Counted from the first letter of the stretch, positions 1 through 10,779 are shown. The stretch is DNA of 64,000 bases from Polynucleobacter sp. (GCA_040400365.1 JBBAQJ010000004.1:458-64457), one strand, 5' to 3'. Translations and numbers: made by a program. The notes: a model not told the origin generated them from the sequence alone.

Positions 1-540
1 ATTGAGTAAGGGGTGGCCAGATGGCACCACGACTGCATGCTGCCATTGGTGACTCGGTAGGGCTAAGACCCCGGGGGTATTGGCAAGTCCCTCAGTGGCA
101 ATGGCTAGATCAGCACGATCCTCGAGTAGCATTTGGGCAATTTGACTGGGGTTGCCCTGCAATAAGCTAACGCGCACTTTCGGAAAGCGCTTCGTAAATT
201 CACTCAAGACCTTAGGCAAAGCATAGCGGGCTTGGGTGTGGGTTGTAGCAATCACAAAACTACCTTGATCTTGATTGGCGTAATCATTACCAACCCGTTT
301 TAAGGTCTCCGCTTCCTCTAATAAGCGTTCAATCGAGACTAAGATACGCTTGCCGGGTTCGGTTAACGAGCGAATTCGTTTACCATGACGTCGAAAGATT
401 TCAACGCCTAACTCATCTTCAAGTTCAATGATGGCTTTGGAGACGCCCGGCTGGGAAGTAAAGAGTGCCTTCGCAGCCGCAGTCAGATTAAAGTTCTGAC
501 GGACCACTTCACGAACAAAACGCAGTTGATGCAGGTTCAT
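1..540 (-). CDS. cysB: CysB-family LysR transcriptional regulator (3' part runs off window)
   Basis: Not in ORF track; manual translation from ATG at 540: MNLHQLRFVREVVRQNFNLTAAAKALFTSQPGVSKAIIELEDELGVEIFRRHGKR...IATTHTQARYALP, typical CysB/Cbl HTH and TTHTQARY motif. Confidence 0.9.
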   Translation of the reverse strand, partial: MNLHQLRFVREVVRQNFNLTAAAKALFTSQPGVSKAIIELEDELGVEIFRRHGKRIRSLTEPGKRILVSIERLLEEAETLKRVGNDYANQDQGSFVIATTHTQARYALPKVLSEFTKRFPKVRVSLLQGNPSQIAQMLLEDRADLAIATEGLANTPGVLALPSHQWQHAVVVPSGHPLLN

Positions 541-552
541 TCGAACATATCC

Positions 553-1707
553 TTAGGCACGGGATACCCACTTCAGAGCCGCAATCGCTAAGATTAAATA
601 TAGCAATGGTGGAAAGATTGCTGTAAACAAGGCGGGCAGTGCACCAAGCAAGCCAACGCTCGAGAACAAGGTATTGAATAGTTGAAAACTCATACCTAGC
701 ATGATGCCACCAAAGACCTTGATGCCAACGCTACCAGCCCGAACTTTCATGAACGCAAAGGGCAGGGCAAGTGCGAGCATCACAAAGATGATGAAGGGAT
801 AAACCACTTTTTTCCAAAAGGCAATCGCATGCCGCTGTGTATCTTGTTTGTTCTCTTGGAGGTGCAAGATAAATTGGCCCAAACTCAGGATCGACATCTT
901 CTCGGGGCTGATTAGTAGAACATTGAGGATCTGCGGGGTGACTTGCGATTCTAAGCTCAGCTTCGGAATACTCTTGGTCTGGGCGGTGTAGACCGCATCT
1001 AAGGGATCATTGCTGCGCTTCTCAATAAAGCGTGTTTCCGATACGTCATTGAGCTCCCAAACGCCTTTATTATCAAAGCGACCAGACGCAGCGCTACGAA
1101 TCGAGAGAAGGCGATAGTTGGGATCAAACTCATACATTCGGATTTGCCGAATTTGATCATCTTGATCAATTGAGCCCACATTGACATACCGTACACCAGC
1201 CTTAACGGGCCCCGCTCCATCCTGATCGCGTAATTGATCTTTGAGCCAAACGCCCGACCGAAACTGTGAGCTAAAGGTTGAGCCCAACGCGTCCATTCGA
1301 ATCCGCTCCGAGAGCCTTTCACTGTAGGGGCCCAAGCCCTCACTGATCGCTAGGGTCAATAGCACGATTGGTAAAGAAATTTTGGCAAGCGTGAAGAGGC
1401 TACGTTTGATATCCAATCCTGCTACCCGGAAGATGGTGAACTCCGACTGACTAGCCATCATGGCAAAGACGTAAATACTACCGATTAAGCCGGCGATCGG
1501 AATAATTTCAACCATACGGCTTGGCGCCTTGAGGAGTACATGGAGAAGCGCCAAAGGCAAGGTGTATTTGGAATTGACTGAGCCCAGTTCACTCAGAATG
1601 TCAAAAAATAGGAAGAGTGCCAGAAGGGCAAAGAGAATGAAGCCAAAACTCGCATAGATTTGCTTCGCAAAGTAGCGTTCATAAATTTTGGGGAAGAGCC
1701 AACTCAT
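553..1707 (-). CDS. lptG: LPS export ABC transporter permease LptG
   Basis: YjgP/YjgQ permease topology, SEFTIFRVAG motif; likely start MSWLFPKIY at 1707 overlapping the lptF stop. Confidence 0.9.
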   Translation of the reverse strand: MSWLFPKIYERYFAKQIYASFGFILFALLALFLFFDILSELGSVNSKYTLPLALLHVLLKAPSRMVEIIPIAGLIGSIYVFAMMASQSEFTIFRVAGLDIKRSLFTLAKISLPIVLLTLAISEGLGPYSERLSERIRMDALGSTFSSQFRSGVWLKDQLRDQDGAGPVKAGVRYVNVGSIDQDDQIRQIRMYEFDPNYRLLSIRSAASGRFDNKGVWELNDVSETRFIEKRSNDPLDAVYTAQTKSIPKLSLESQVTPQILNVLLISPEKMSILSLGQFILHLQENKQDTQRHAIAFWKKVVYPFIIFVMLALALPFAFMKVRAGSVGIKVFGGIMLGMSFQLFNTLFSSVGLLGALPALFTAIFPPLLYLILAIAALKWVSRA

Positions 1708-2819
1708 TTGCTTTGCCAGGCCCTTGGAAGTTGACGCTGCCACCACTTTAAGGATGGATTAATGCGATTGCGAATCAAAACAAAGGCTAAGCCGAATGCA
1801 AGCACATGAATCGGCCATAAGCCAACGAAGAAGTCGACACGCCCTTGCGCAACATAATTTTGGCTGAGATTTAATAGATTGCTGTACATCAAGTAAATCA
1901 GGACGGCATAAAACATGGCCGTGTAGTTACCTAAGCGGGGATTGACATAAGCTAAGGGAATGGCAATCAAGACCAAACCAAGGGCCATGATGGGTAAGCC
2001 GATACGCCAAAGCAGTTCACCAAAGTTAGCGCGCAGGATATTGGGATCGGTTTCTTGCATCAGCTCAATCACATTTTTTTCTCGATCGCGCGGCGGTGGC
2101 TTAGTGACCTCTTTACTTAAGATCTTGGTCTCGTATTCATCAAACTCTAAGATTCTGAAATTAGCTTGGGTCGGCTGGCCTTCATAACGACGGCCTTTTA
2201 AGAGAACCACGCTTTTGTCACCGTTGGGCGCATTCTCGATGTAACCAGTGGCAGCGACCGCAACGCTTAACTTTTGATTGCGCGTATCGGCCACAAAGAT
2301 ATTCTTGACCTCTCCTTTATCGACATCAATTTCTTCAATAAAAAAGACCCGCTCAGCTTTAGCCGATTCTTTAAATTGACCCGCAGCAACCATGGATACA
2401 TCATCGCGCTGTTGAAAGCGTTGACTAATGACACTCGATTCGCGATTTGCCCATGGCCAAACAAAAGCGGCCAATAAAGCAATGATGATGATGAGTGGAA
2501 TCGCAAATCGCAGGATCGGGCCGATTAAATTTGTAATGCTCAGTCCGCTAGCAAACCACACGATCATTTCGGAGTCTTTGTACCAACGGACCAAAACAAT
2601 TAAAACGGCAATAAATAGTGAAACGGTTAATAGAACCGCAAAATAACCGAGGGTGGCTAGAGCGATTAGTACCAAGGCATCCTCAGGATTAACCGAACCA
2701 CTAGCTGCGAATCCCAAAATCCGGATCACGAGGGTGGTAATCATGATGGTGACCAAGACCAAAAACACAGCACCTGTGGTCATGCTGAGTTCGCGGCGGA
2801 GGGCTTGTTCAAAAATCAT
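1704..2819 (-). CDS. lptF: LPS export ABC transporter permease LptF
   Basis: MIFEQALRREL start, RWYKDSEMIVWFASG motif, divergent from pepA as in the usual lptF-pepA arrangement. Confidence 0.92.
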   Translation of the reverse strand: MIFEQALRRELSMTTGAVFLVLVTIMITTLVIRILGFAASGSVNPEDALVLIALATLGYFAVLLTVSLFIAVLIVLVRWYKDSEMIVWFASGLSITNLIGPILRFAIPLIIIIALLAAFVWPWANRESSVISQRFQQRDDVSMVAAGQFKESAKAERVFFIEEIDVDKGEVKNIFVADTRNQKLSVAVAATGYIENAPNGDKSVVLLKGRRYEGQPTQANFRILEFDEYETKILSKEVTKPPPRDREKNVIELMQETDPNILRANFGELLWRIGLPIMALGLVLIAIPLAYVNPRLGNYTAMFYAVLIYLMYSNLLNLSQNYVAQGRVDFFVGLWPIHVLAFGLAFVLIRNRINPSLKWWQRQLPRAWQSK

Positions 2820-2890
2820 GGGAGCTGGGTCTAATTCTGCGACTTTAATTCGGTCGGTGGATAATGTAAAAAAACCCCTAATGGTGAAAG

Positions 2891-4447
2891 ATGATGACGA
2901 TTCAATTTAGCACGAAAGTTCTTGCCGATATCGATTTTAAAAGCCCCAAAGGCGCTGCTGCGGTTTGTGGCTTAGCCAGCGATTGTTTAGTCTTGGCGTA
3001 TCGCGTTGCGGAGCTCCCCCAACTCCAGGCGCTTGATGACCTCCTTGGGGGAGCAATTTCAGAAGCACGCTCCGTGGGTGATCTCGATGGAAAAGCCGGC
3101 GCTTGCACCTTATTGCGCTCCACACGCGCCTGGGCCTTGAGTAAGGTGAAGCTCAAACGTGTTTTATTGGTGGGCCTTGGTGATAAAGAGTCTTTAGGGG
3201 ATTTTGCCAAGATTGCGCGCTCGGCTCTCAAAGTATTGAGTGGCGGCTCGATTCAGTCAGTGCTTTGGCATACCCACAGCTTTATTGGCAAGCAAAAAGC
3301 CAATCAGAGTCCTAATGCAATTACCGAGCGGATTCGTGTACTAGCCCAAATTGTGGGCGATCAGGTTTATCGATTTGGGGCTCGACAAGAGCAATTTAAG
3401 ACCAAGCCTTTGGAAAAAGCAGACATCCTCGAGCACTTCACCTTGCTCGCTAATGCCAAGCAAGCTGCGCTCGTGAAGGCAGGGGTTCAAGAGGGCGCGG
3501 CTTTGGTCGAGGGGATGAACCTCACCAAAGATTTGGGGAACTTGCCACCCAATGTGTGCACCCCAAGCTTTTTGGCACAAACTGCACTAAACCTTCCTAA
3601 GAAAACGAAGTTAAAGGTCCAGGTTTTCAATCAGCAACAAATTGAAGCGCTAGGCATGGGTTCATTTTTAGCAGTTGCTAAGGGTTCAGACACCCCCCCA
3701 CAGTTCATCATCATGCGTCATGAGGGTGGGAAAGCGAATGAGGATCCGATCGTTTTAGTTGGCAAAGGTATTACCTTTGATACAGGCGGCATTTCGTTAA
3801 AGCCTGGCGAAGCGATGGATGAAATGAAGTACGACATGTGTGGTGCGGCATCGGTATTTGGCACCATGTATGCCGTATCGTTGTTGGGATTAAAAAAGAA
3901 TGTGATTGGTGTGGTGCCAACCTGTGAGAACATGCCTTCAGGTCGCGCAACGCGTCCAGGCGATATTGTGAAGAGCATGTCGGGACAGACCATCGAGGTT
4001 TTAAATACCGATGCCGAGGGTCGTCTTATTCTGTGTGATGCGCTCACGTATGTAGAGCGCTTTAAGCCCAAAGCTGTCATTGATGTAGCGACTTTGACAG
4101 GTGCTTGCATCATTGCATTGGGTCATGTGCATAGTGGTTTATTCTCCGATGATGAGGCCTTGGTAAAAGCCTTAAATACGGCTGGTCATCAATCCTTAGA
4201 CACCGTATGGCGCTTGCCTCTCGACGCGGCTTACCATGAGCAGTTGAAGTCAAACTTTGCGGATCTGGCCAATATTGGGGGGCGTCCTGCCGGTAGCGTA
4301 ACCGCAGCCTGTTTTCTCTCCCGATTTGCTGAAAAATTCCGGTGGGCCCATTTGGATATTGCTGGGACTGCTTGGAAGAGCGGGGCGGCTAAGGGGGCAA
4401 CAGGTAGACCCGTTCCGCTATTGCTAAACTTCTTGCTCGATCAATAA
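2891..4447 (+). CDS. pepA: Leucyl aminopeptidase (M17)
   Basis: GKGITFDTGG, MKYDMCG, NTDAEGRL metal-binding motifs. Confidence 0.97.
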   Translation: MMTIQFSTKVLADIDFKSPKGAAAVCGLASDCLVLAYRVAELPQLQALDDLLGGAISEARSVGDLDGKAGACTLLRSTRAWALSKVKLKRVLLVGLGDKESLGDFAKIARSALKVLSGGSIQSVLWHTHSFIGKQKANQSPNAITERIRVLAQIVGDQVYRFGARQEQFKTKPLEKADILEHFTLLANAKQAALVKAGVQEGAALVEGMNLTKDLGNLPPNVCTPSFLAQTALNLPKKTKLKVQVFNQQQIEALGMGSFLAVAKGSDTPPQFIIMRHEGGKANEDPIVLVGKGITFDTGGISLKPGEAMDEMKYDMCGAASVFGTMYAVSLLGLKKNVIGVVPTCENMPSGRATRPGDIVKSMSGQTIEVLNTDAEGRLILCDALTYVERFKPKAVIDVATLTGACIIALGHVHSGLFSDDEALVKALNTAGHQSLDTVWRLPLDAAYHEQLKSNFADLANIGGRPAGSVTAACFLSRFAEKFRWAHLDIAGTAWKSGAAKGATGRPVPLLLNFLLDQ

Positions 4448-4466
4448 GCGCGCATTGTCAACGCGA

Positions 4467-4937
4467 ATGGCCAGAATTGATTTTCATAGTCATGTTTCGG
4501 ACAAATTACAGTATTGCTGTCGTTTAAGTCGTAAGATTCTAGCCAGCACTCATCCCCAAGGGTTGCCGCGGACGATCGTGATTACAGGGAACGAGCAAGA
4601 TCTCAAGGGACTCGATGACTTATTGTGGTCCTTTAGTAAAACCGATTTTTTACCACATGCCTGGTTGCATCAAGAGGGCGCCCACGAAACCCCGATCTTG
4701 TTAGTCCATCGCTTATCCGAACTTGAGAATCAGGTATTGGCGCATCAGGATGTCTTAATTTATTTGCATACCGAAGCCCCACAAGGTCTAGATGCCTTAC
4801 TGGAACGCTTTCCTCGTTGGATTGAAGTAGTTACCACTCAAGAAAATGAACTCAAGGCGGGGCGCGAGCGCTTTAAGGGTTATCGTGCCCTAGGCCATGA
4901 GCTTCACCATTTTGATCAAAGTAAGGCAATAGCGTAA
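4467..4937 (+). CDS. holC: DNA polymerase III subunit chi
   Basis: MARIDFH start, [21 protein letters not shown]; follows pepA. Confidence 0.9.
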   Translation: MARIDFHSHVSDKLQYCCRLSRKILASTHPQGLPRTIVITGNEQDLKGLDDLLWSFSKTDFLPHAWLHQEGAHETPILLVHRLSELENQVLAHQDVLIYLHTEAPQGLDALLERFPRWIEVVTTQENELKAGRERFKGYRALGHELHHFDQSKAIA

Positions 4938-5719
4938 TGTTGGTTCACCCCCAAATTGATCCGGTCGCCCTGCAAATAGGCCCGTTGGCAATTCATTGGT
5001 ATGGCCTCATGTATCTATTTGCATTTGCCCAATTTTTATTGCTGGGACGACTGCGTGTTCGCCAAGAGCCGTATCACTCGATGCGGTGGACTTTTAAAGA
5101 TGTTGAGGACATTCTGTTTTGGGGGGTAGTGGGTGTGATTGTTGGGGGGCGCTTGGGCTACGTGTTTTTTTATATGCCCGGTTTTTATCTCCAAAATCCA
5201 ATCGCTATTTTTAAACTATGGGAAGGAGGAATGTCCTTCCACGGCGGTTTATTAGGAGTCTTAATCGCTCTGGCATGGTTCGCAAAGCGTCGTCAGCTTT
5301 CTTATTTTGTAATCACGGATTTTGTGGCGCCACTCGTGCCATTGGGACTTGCTTTCGGGCGCCTCGGAAACTTCATTAATGGAGAACTATGGGGGCGTCC
5401 GAGCGATTTGCCATGGGCGATGGTGTTTCCGATGGCAGACCAAGTGGCTCGCCATCCTTCACAGTTATATCAATTTGCTGGCGAAGGCCTTTTACTAGCC
5501 TTAATATTGTGGCTCTATGCGAGTCGACCAAAACGAGTGGGACAAGTATCAGGTCTCTTTTTGCTTGGATACGGAGTACTTCGTTTTCTGGCAGAGTTTG
5601 CTCGGGAGCCCGATGCATTTTTAGGATTACTCGGCATGGGACTATCCATGGGCCAGTGGCTGTCGATACCCATGATTGGTTTGGGAATTTACTTAGTGCT
5701 GCGAACGCCACGTCAATAA
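4937..5719 (+). CDS. lgt: Prolipoprotein diacylglyceryl transferase
   Basis: [40 protein letters not shown] motifs. Confidence 0.97.
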   Translation: MLVHPQIDPVALQIGPLAIHWYGLMYLFAFAQFLLLGRLRVRQEPYHSMRWTFKDVEDILFWGVVGVIVGGRLGYVFFYMPGFYLQNPIAIFKLWEGGMSFHGGLLGVLIALAWFAKRRQLSYFVITDFVAPLVPLGLAFGRLGNFINGELWGRPSDLPWAMVFPMADQVARHPSQLYQFAGEGLLLALILWLYASRPKRVGQVSGLFLLGYGVLRFLAEFAREPDAFLGLLGMGLSMGQWLSIPMIGLGIYLVLRTPRQ

Positions 5720-5775
5720 ACCCTTTTGGCTGAATGATTTAAGCCCCTGTTACAAAATCTGGTTATGCTGTCAGC

Positions 5776-7080
5776 ATGCTAGAGAAAATTGCCCAAACCC
5801 GTTATTTATCCCGAGCAACCAGTGCGGTTCGTCAGCTTGTCTCTGAGCGGGGTGAATCAAACGCTGTGAGCATGGCCCTAGATGTAATTTCAAGTTACCG
5901 CAAGCTCAATACCGATCATCGTTCTAAATTTTTTATGATGCTCGTTGAACAATTCAATATTGATGCAGAGCAATTGACGAAGGCTGCTCAAAGTTTTGCA
6001 GCAGACCCAAATGCAAGAAATTACATTCGCCTGCAGAAGATTTCTGAATCCCCACGCCAAGAGCTGTTAAGACGTCTCAATCGAGCTCCTGGTGGCACCG
6101 CTGCAGTGGTTGAAATGCGTCGCGATCTTTTGACCCTGCTGAATAAGAAGCCGGAGTTGATGAGCCTAGACTATGACATGCGGCATCTCTTGTCGTCTTG
6201 GTTTAATCCTGGGTTTTTGAAGATGCACCGTGTTGACTGGAAGTCACCGGCAGAGATTTTAGAGAAGATCATTGCTCATGAGGCCGTCCACGCCATTGAT
6301 GGCTGGGATGATCTGCGCCGGCGTTTGCAGCCCGATCGGCGTTGTTTTGCCTTTTTCCATCCCCAGCTGCCTGATGAGCCCTTGATCTTTGTGGAAGTTG
6401 CTCTACTTCCTGAGATACCAGTTGCCATCATGCCCTTGGTGGATAAGAAATCCACTCCTGTGGAACAAACCAACCAATTCAAGGTGGCTGCGTTCTACTC
6501 GATTAGCAACTGTGAGTCTGGACTACGCGGCGTATCAATGGGCAACTTTTTAATTAAGCGGGTTGCTGAGCAACTGCATGCGGAGTTCCCGGGATTAAAA
6601 ACATTTGTGACCTTGTCCCCGATTCCGGGTCTCATGGAATGGATTACCGATGGAGCACATTTAGGTGACCTGCCAAGCTCTGAAAAAATGAAGCCAGCGA
6701 TTCGGAAGGCCCGCGATGATGCACTTGAACTTTTAAAACTAAATGGTACCAATTGGATGGATAAGCTCGGTAAGGCCTGGCATCCGGATCACTGCAGCGA
6801 GAAAGAGAAGGCCGCCATGATGGCCTTAGCTGCAATTTATCTGACGGTGGTTACCCCAAGCCGGGATGGCAATCCGGTCGCCAAATTCCATTTGGGTAAC
6901 GGCGCTAAGCTTCATCAAATTAACTGGGCGGGGGATTTGTCAAAGAATGGCCTGCGCCAATCTGCTGGTTTAATGGTCAATTATCTGTATGATCTGTCGA
7001 GCGTTGAAGAAAATCATGAGCGCTTTGTTAATGGAGAGATTATTCATTCTCGCTCCGTGAGCAAGCTGATAAATACTTAA
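5776..7080 (+). CDS. Malonyl-CoA decarboxylase (MatA type)
   Basis: HEAVH, DRRCFAFFHP, FYSISN, TFVTLSPIPG, PVAKFHLGNGA motifs. Confidence 0.93.
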   Translation: MLEKIAQTRYLSRATSAVRQLVSERGESNAVSMALDVISSYRKLNTDHRSKFFMMLVEQFNIDAEQLTKAAQSFAADPNARNYIRLQKISESPRQELLRRLNRAPGGTAAVVEMRRDLLTLLNKKPELMSLDYDMRHLLSSWFNPGFLKMHRVDWKSPAEILEKIIAHEAVHAIDGWDDLRRRLQPDRRCFAFFHPQLPDEPLIFVEVALLPEIPVAIMPLVDKKSTPVEQTNQFKVAAFYSISNCESGLRGVSMGNFLIKRVAEQLHAEFPGLKTFVTLSPIPGLMEWITDGAHLGDLPSSEKMKPAIRKARDDALELLKLNGTNWMDKLGKAWHPDHCSEKEKAAMMALAAIYLTVVTPSRDGNPVAKFHLGNGAKLHQINWAGDLSKNGLRQSAGLMVNYLYDLSSVEENHERFVNGEIIHSRSVSKLINT

Positions 7081-7210
7081 GTCTCGAATACTTAAGCCTT
7101 ACAAGTCCTATATAAGACTTTTAGGGGTTTTGCCTTAGATTTTGAAGTTCGATTTAGAATGGTGTTCGCAATCGTTTTACCCTTTATAAGAATTGAAGAG
7201 GAGATAAATA

Positions 7211-8197
7211 ATGGTATTAATTCAGAAGAAAAAAATAGCGGGCCTCGTGCTTAGCTTATTAGCAGTGGTGGGCTTATCAAGCACCGCTCAAGCACAAGAG
7301 TGGCCAGTCAAAACCGTCACATTTTTGAACCCATTCCCAGCCGGTGGTGGAACGGACGCATTTGCTCGTCCCTTGGCCGCTCAGTTAACCGAGCAATTGG
7401 GCAAACAATTCATTATTGATAACCGCGGTGGTGCAGGCGGTACGGTCGGTGCATCGGTAGCAGCGAAAGCAGCACCAGATGGCTATACCTGGTTCATCGG
7501 CGCGTCGCATCATACGATTGCTCCTTCCATGTACAAAAACTTGGACTATGACATTCAAAAGAGTTTCATTCCTGTTGCACTGCTAGCTAGCGTTCCACAG
7601 GTATTAGTGGTGAACCCGAATCGTGTGAATGCTCGTAACTTAAAAGACTTCATTGCGCTCATGAAGAAGAACCCTGGTAAATACAACTTTGCCAGTGCAG
7701 GCAGCGGTACCGTGCATCACCTTGCAGGCGAGCTATTTAAGATTCAGACAGGCACCTTTATTGTTCATATTCCTTATCGTGGCGCAGGTCCAGCCATGAG
7801 CGATCTCCTAGCCGGTCAGGTTGATTTGGAATTCGATGGTTTAGGAACATCTGCTCCACAAATTAATGCTGGTAAGTTGTTTGCGATCGCCGTTGCTTCT
7901 GAGAAGCGTAATCCAGCGATTCCAAACGTACCAACATTTGTAGAAGCCGGTTTGCCTGACTATCGTGTATCGACTTGGTACGGTATGTTTGCTCCTGCTG
8001 GAACACCAAAGCCAATCGTTGACAAGATGACTGCTGAAGTTCAAAAGGCCCTGAATTCACCAAAGTTGAAAGCTATTTGGGCTCAAAACGGTGCGGATAA
8101 TCCGAATCTATACGGAGAGTCATTTGGTAAGCAAGTTGCTTCCGACGTAACCCGTTGGGCTGAGGTTGTTAAGAAATCAGGCGCTAAGCTCGATTAA
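7211..8197 (+). CDS. Bug/TctC-family tripartite tricarboxylate transporter substrate-binding protein
   Basis: Signal peptide, PFPAGGGTD, NRGGAGGTVG, HIPYRGAGPA motifs. Confidence 0.93.
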   Translation: MVLIQKKKIAGLVLSLLAVVGLSSTAQAQEWPVKTVTFLNPFPAGGGTDAFARPLAAQLTEQLGKQFIIDNRGGAGGTVGASVAAKAAPDGYTWFIGASHHTIAPSMYKNLDYDIQKSFIPVALLASVPQVLVVNPNRVNARNLKDFIALMKKNPGKYNFASAGSGTVHHLAGELFKIQTGTFIVHIPYRGAGPAMSDLLAGQVDLEFDGLGTSAPQINAGKLFAIAVASEKRNPAIPNVPTFVEAGLPDYRVSTWYGMFAPAGTPKPIVDKMTAEVQKALNSPKLKAIWAQNGADNPNLYGESFGKQVASDVTRWAEVVKKSGAKLD

Positions 8198-8224
8198 TTT
8201 TGTACTTGTAGTTAAGGGTTTTGA

Positions 8225-9748
8225 GTGAACTTATACGCATTATTAGAGTCTGGCTTTCCTAAAAATCGCGAAGACTGTGCACTAGAAACCCAAGAAAGAC
8301 TGTATTACTCGTGGCGCGATCTCGATCGCGCTACGGCCATGATGGCAAATCTACTCAAGAGCTTGAACTTACCCCAGGGCTCTCGGATTGCTGTCCAAGT
8401 TGAAAAATCTCCAGAGGCACTTTTTCTATACCTAGCTACCTTGCGTGCTGGGTATGTTTATTTGCCCCTGAACACGGCGTATCAAGAATCTGAGATTCAG
8501 TATTTTCTTGAGAATGCAGAGCCAGCTGTTGTTGTTTGCAGTTCTAAGAACTTCTCCTGGATCTCGAAGATTGCGTTTAAGAGTGGCGCCCAAAATGTAT
8601 TTACCCTCGATGAGAATCGGACCGGTTCTCTTTTGGATCGCGCCGCTCAATGCTCTGATCAATTTAAGACCGTTAAAAAGGACGACGATGATCTAGCGGC
8701 TATTTTGTACACCTCGGGCACGACAGGGCGCAGTAAGGGCGCTATGCTCACACACGGTAATCTTGGTAGCAATGCCCAAGTATTAAAGGAGTTTTGGGGT
8801 TGGAAAAAAGGTGACATCCTTTTGCATGCTCTGCCTATTTTTCATGTGCATGGTTTGTTTGTTGCTGCCCATGGCGCATTATTAAATGGTAGCAAAATGA
8901 TCTGGTTGCCTCGTTTAGATACTGCGCAACTTATTCAACACCTCCCGCGCTCAACGGTCATGATGGGCGTGCCAACATTCTATGTACGCCTACTGCTGGA
9001 TCCGAACTTTAACCAGAGCGCCTGTAAAAACATGCGCCTCTTTGTTTCAGGCTCCGCACCTTTATTAACTGAGACCTTTAATAATTTCCAGAAAGTGTCT
9101 GGACATACTATTCTTGAGCGCTATGGCATGAGTGAGACCGTGATGTTGGTCTCCAATCCCTACAAGGGCGCCAGAGTGGGGGGGTCCGTTGGCGTTCCCC
9201 TTCCCGGAGTTGAGGTTCGTGTCGTGAATGAATCCGGATCACTCTGTGGTGTCAATGAGATTGGCGCCATTGAAGTGCGTGGCCCGAATATATTTAAGGG
9301 CTACTGGCGCATGCCTGAGAAGACCGCTGAGGAGTTTACTAAAGACGGTTGGTTTAAAACGGGTGATGTAGGCCGCTGGGGTGGTGATACCACTGCTGGC
9401 AAAGTGCCTGATCACTATCTTTGCATCGTGGGTCGCAATAAGGATTTAATTATCTCGGGTGGCTATAACGTCTATCCAAAAGAAATCGAGAGTTTTATTG
9501 ATGACATGGATGGGGTCGAAGAAAGTGCAGTGATTGGGATTCCTCACAAAGACTTTGGTGAGGCTGTTATGGCAGTTGTGGTTCCAAAGCCGGGCGCCAA
9601 GCTCAATAGCCAATCCATGATCGATTCCTTGAAATCAAAGATTGCAAACTTCAAGGTTCCCAAGCGGGTTGAAATTGTCAACGACTTACCCCGCAACGCC
9701 ATGGGCAAAGTGCAAAAGAATGTATTGCGCCAGCAGTACAGCCATTAA
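8225..9748 (+). CDS. matB: Malonyl-CoA synthetase (MatB-type acyl-CoA synthetase)
   Basis: YTSGTTGRSKGAML AMP-binding loop, ERYGMSET, PRNAMGKVQK (MatB-type); adjacent to malonyl-CoA decarboxylase. Confidence 0.88.
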   Translation: MNLYALLESGFPKNREDCALETQERLYYSWRDLDRATAMMANLLKSLNLPQGSRIAVQVEKSPEALFLYLATLRAGYVYLPLNTAYQESEIQYFLENAEPAVVVCSSKNFSWISKIAFKSGAQNVFTLDENRTGSLLDRAAQCSDQFKTVKKDDDDLAAILYTSGTTGRSKGAMLTHGNLGSNAQVLKEFWGWKKGDILLHALPIFHVHGLFVAAHGALLNGSKMIWLPRLDTAQLIQHLPRSTVMMGVPTFYVRLLLDPNFNQSACKNMRLFVSGSAPLLTETFNNFQKVSGHTILERYGMSETVMLVSNPYKGARVGGSVGVPLPGVEVRVVNESGSLCGVNEIGAIEVRGPNIFKGYWRMPEKTAEEFTKDGWFKTGDVGRWGGDTTAGKVPDHYLCIVGRNKDLIISGGYNVYPKEIESFIDDMDGVEESAVIGIPHKDFGEAVMAVVVPKPGAKLNSQSMIDSLKSKIANFKVPKRVEIVNDLPRNAMGKVQKNVLRQQYSH

Positions 9749-10563
9749 GCGCCAAGCGCTTTATGGGCCTCATTAAACATAAAGAGCGCCAAGAACATCA
9801 GCATTACCCCAAAAACTCGTTTGAGTTGAACAACATTAAGCTTACGAGCTAACTTTGCCCCTAGTGGGGCAGTAAAAATACTGGTTGCTACGATGCAGGC
9901 AACGGCCGGTAGATAGATAAAACCAAAGGAGCCTACTGGTAAGTCAGGGCGATCATAGCTTCCAAAGACATAACCCAGGGTTGAGGCAAGTGCAATCGGA
10001 AATCCGAGCCCCGAGGAGGTTGCCATCGCTACATGGGGACTTATATTGCACCAAATCATGAATGGTACGGTGACAAAGGCACCACCAGCACCCAGTAAGC
10101 TCGATAGCCCACCAGAGAAGGCGCCATAGGAGAACAGGCCAAGCTTCCCAGGCAGTTCGCGTTCGGGCTTGGGCTTTTTGTTAATGAACATCTGAATCGA
10201 GGTGTAGACAATAAAGACTGCAAAGAAGAGGGAAAGCCAGCCAGTATTGAATGCTTCAAATAGTTCACTGCCCCCCAAAAAACTCCCAACAATAATTCCC
10301 GGGGTGAACCCTGCGACCAACTTCCAGTCAATTGAACCATGGCGATGATGCGCCCGAATGGCTGAGAGTGAGGTAAACAAAATGGTGGTCATCCCAGTCG
10401 CAATTGCCATATGAACAATGATGTCTTGGCTAAAGCCCTGGTGATTAAAGACAATGATCATGAAGGGAACCAAAATCATCCCCCCGCCGATTCCTAGCAG
10501 GCCTGCTAAGAACCCTGCACAGGCTCCGCAAACTAGCAGGATTGCAATATCCGTCAGAAGCAT
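9745..10563 (-). CDS. Sulfite exporter TauE/SafE family membrane protein
   Basis: GLLGIGGG and LGAGGAFVTVP repeated motifs, multi-TM. Confidence 0.85.
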   Translation of the reverse strand: MLLTDIAILLVCGACAGFLAGLLGIGGGMILVPFMIIVFNHQGFSQDIIVHMAIATGMTTILFTSLSAIRAHHRHGSIDWKLVAGFTPGIIVGSFLGGSELFEAFNTGWLSLFFAVFIVYTSIQMFINKKPKPERELPGKLGLFSYGAFSGGLSSLLGAGGAFVTVPFMIWCNISPHVAMATSSGLGFPIALASTLGYVFGSYDRPDLPVGSFGFIYLPAVACIVATSIFTAPLGAKLARKLNVVQLKRVFGVMLMFLALFMFNEAHKALGA

Positions 10564-10570
10564 GAAAGGA

Positions 10571-10779
10571 TCCCCGCCTTGGTCGCTAGACCATCATCCT
10601 GAACCCTAAAGTTCAAGGTGGCACGGTAGCAATACTTCGGGTGCATCAAATGACTCAGGGAGTGTCGGACAAGCCCACACTGTAAATCGATCAGACGCTC
10701 GCGCCCATACTGCAATACCCGTTCCGTATGCTTACGCATCGGTTCAAGGAACTATTGGCCTTGGCGCACCAGGCAGGGA
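10571..10779 (-). ncRNA. ssrS: 6S RNA
   Basis: Downstream of zapA; 5' UCCCUGCCUGGU...CCUUGAACC pairs with 3' GGUUCAGG...ACCAAGGCGGGGA; contains conserved CCUUGAAC...GGUUCA elements of proteobacterial 6S RNA; ends approximate. Confidence 0.85.

Noticed and set aside
10554-10739. 61-aa ORF between zapA and tauE
   Set aside because: Coincides with the 6S RNA body; no protein features
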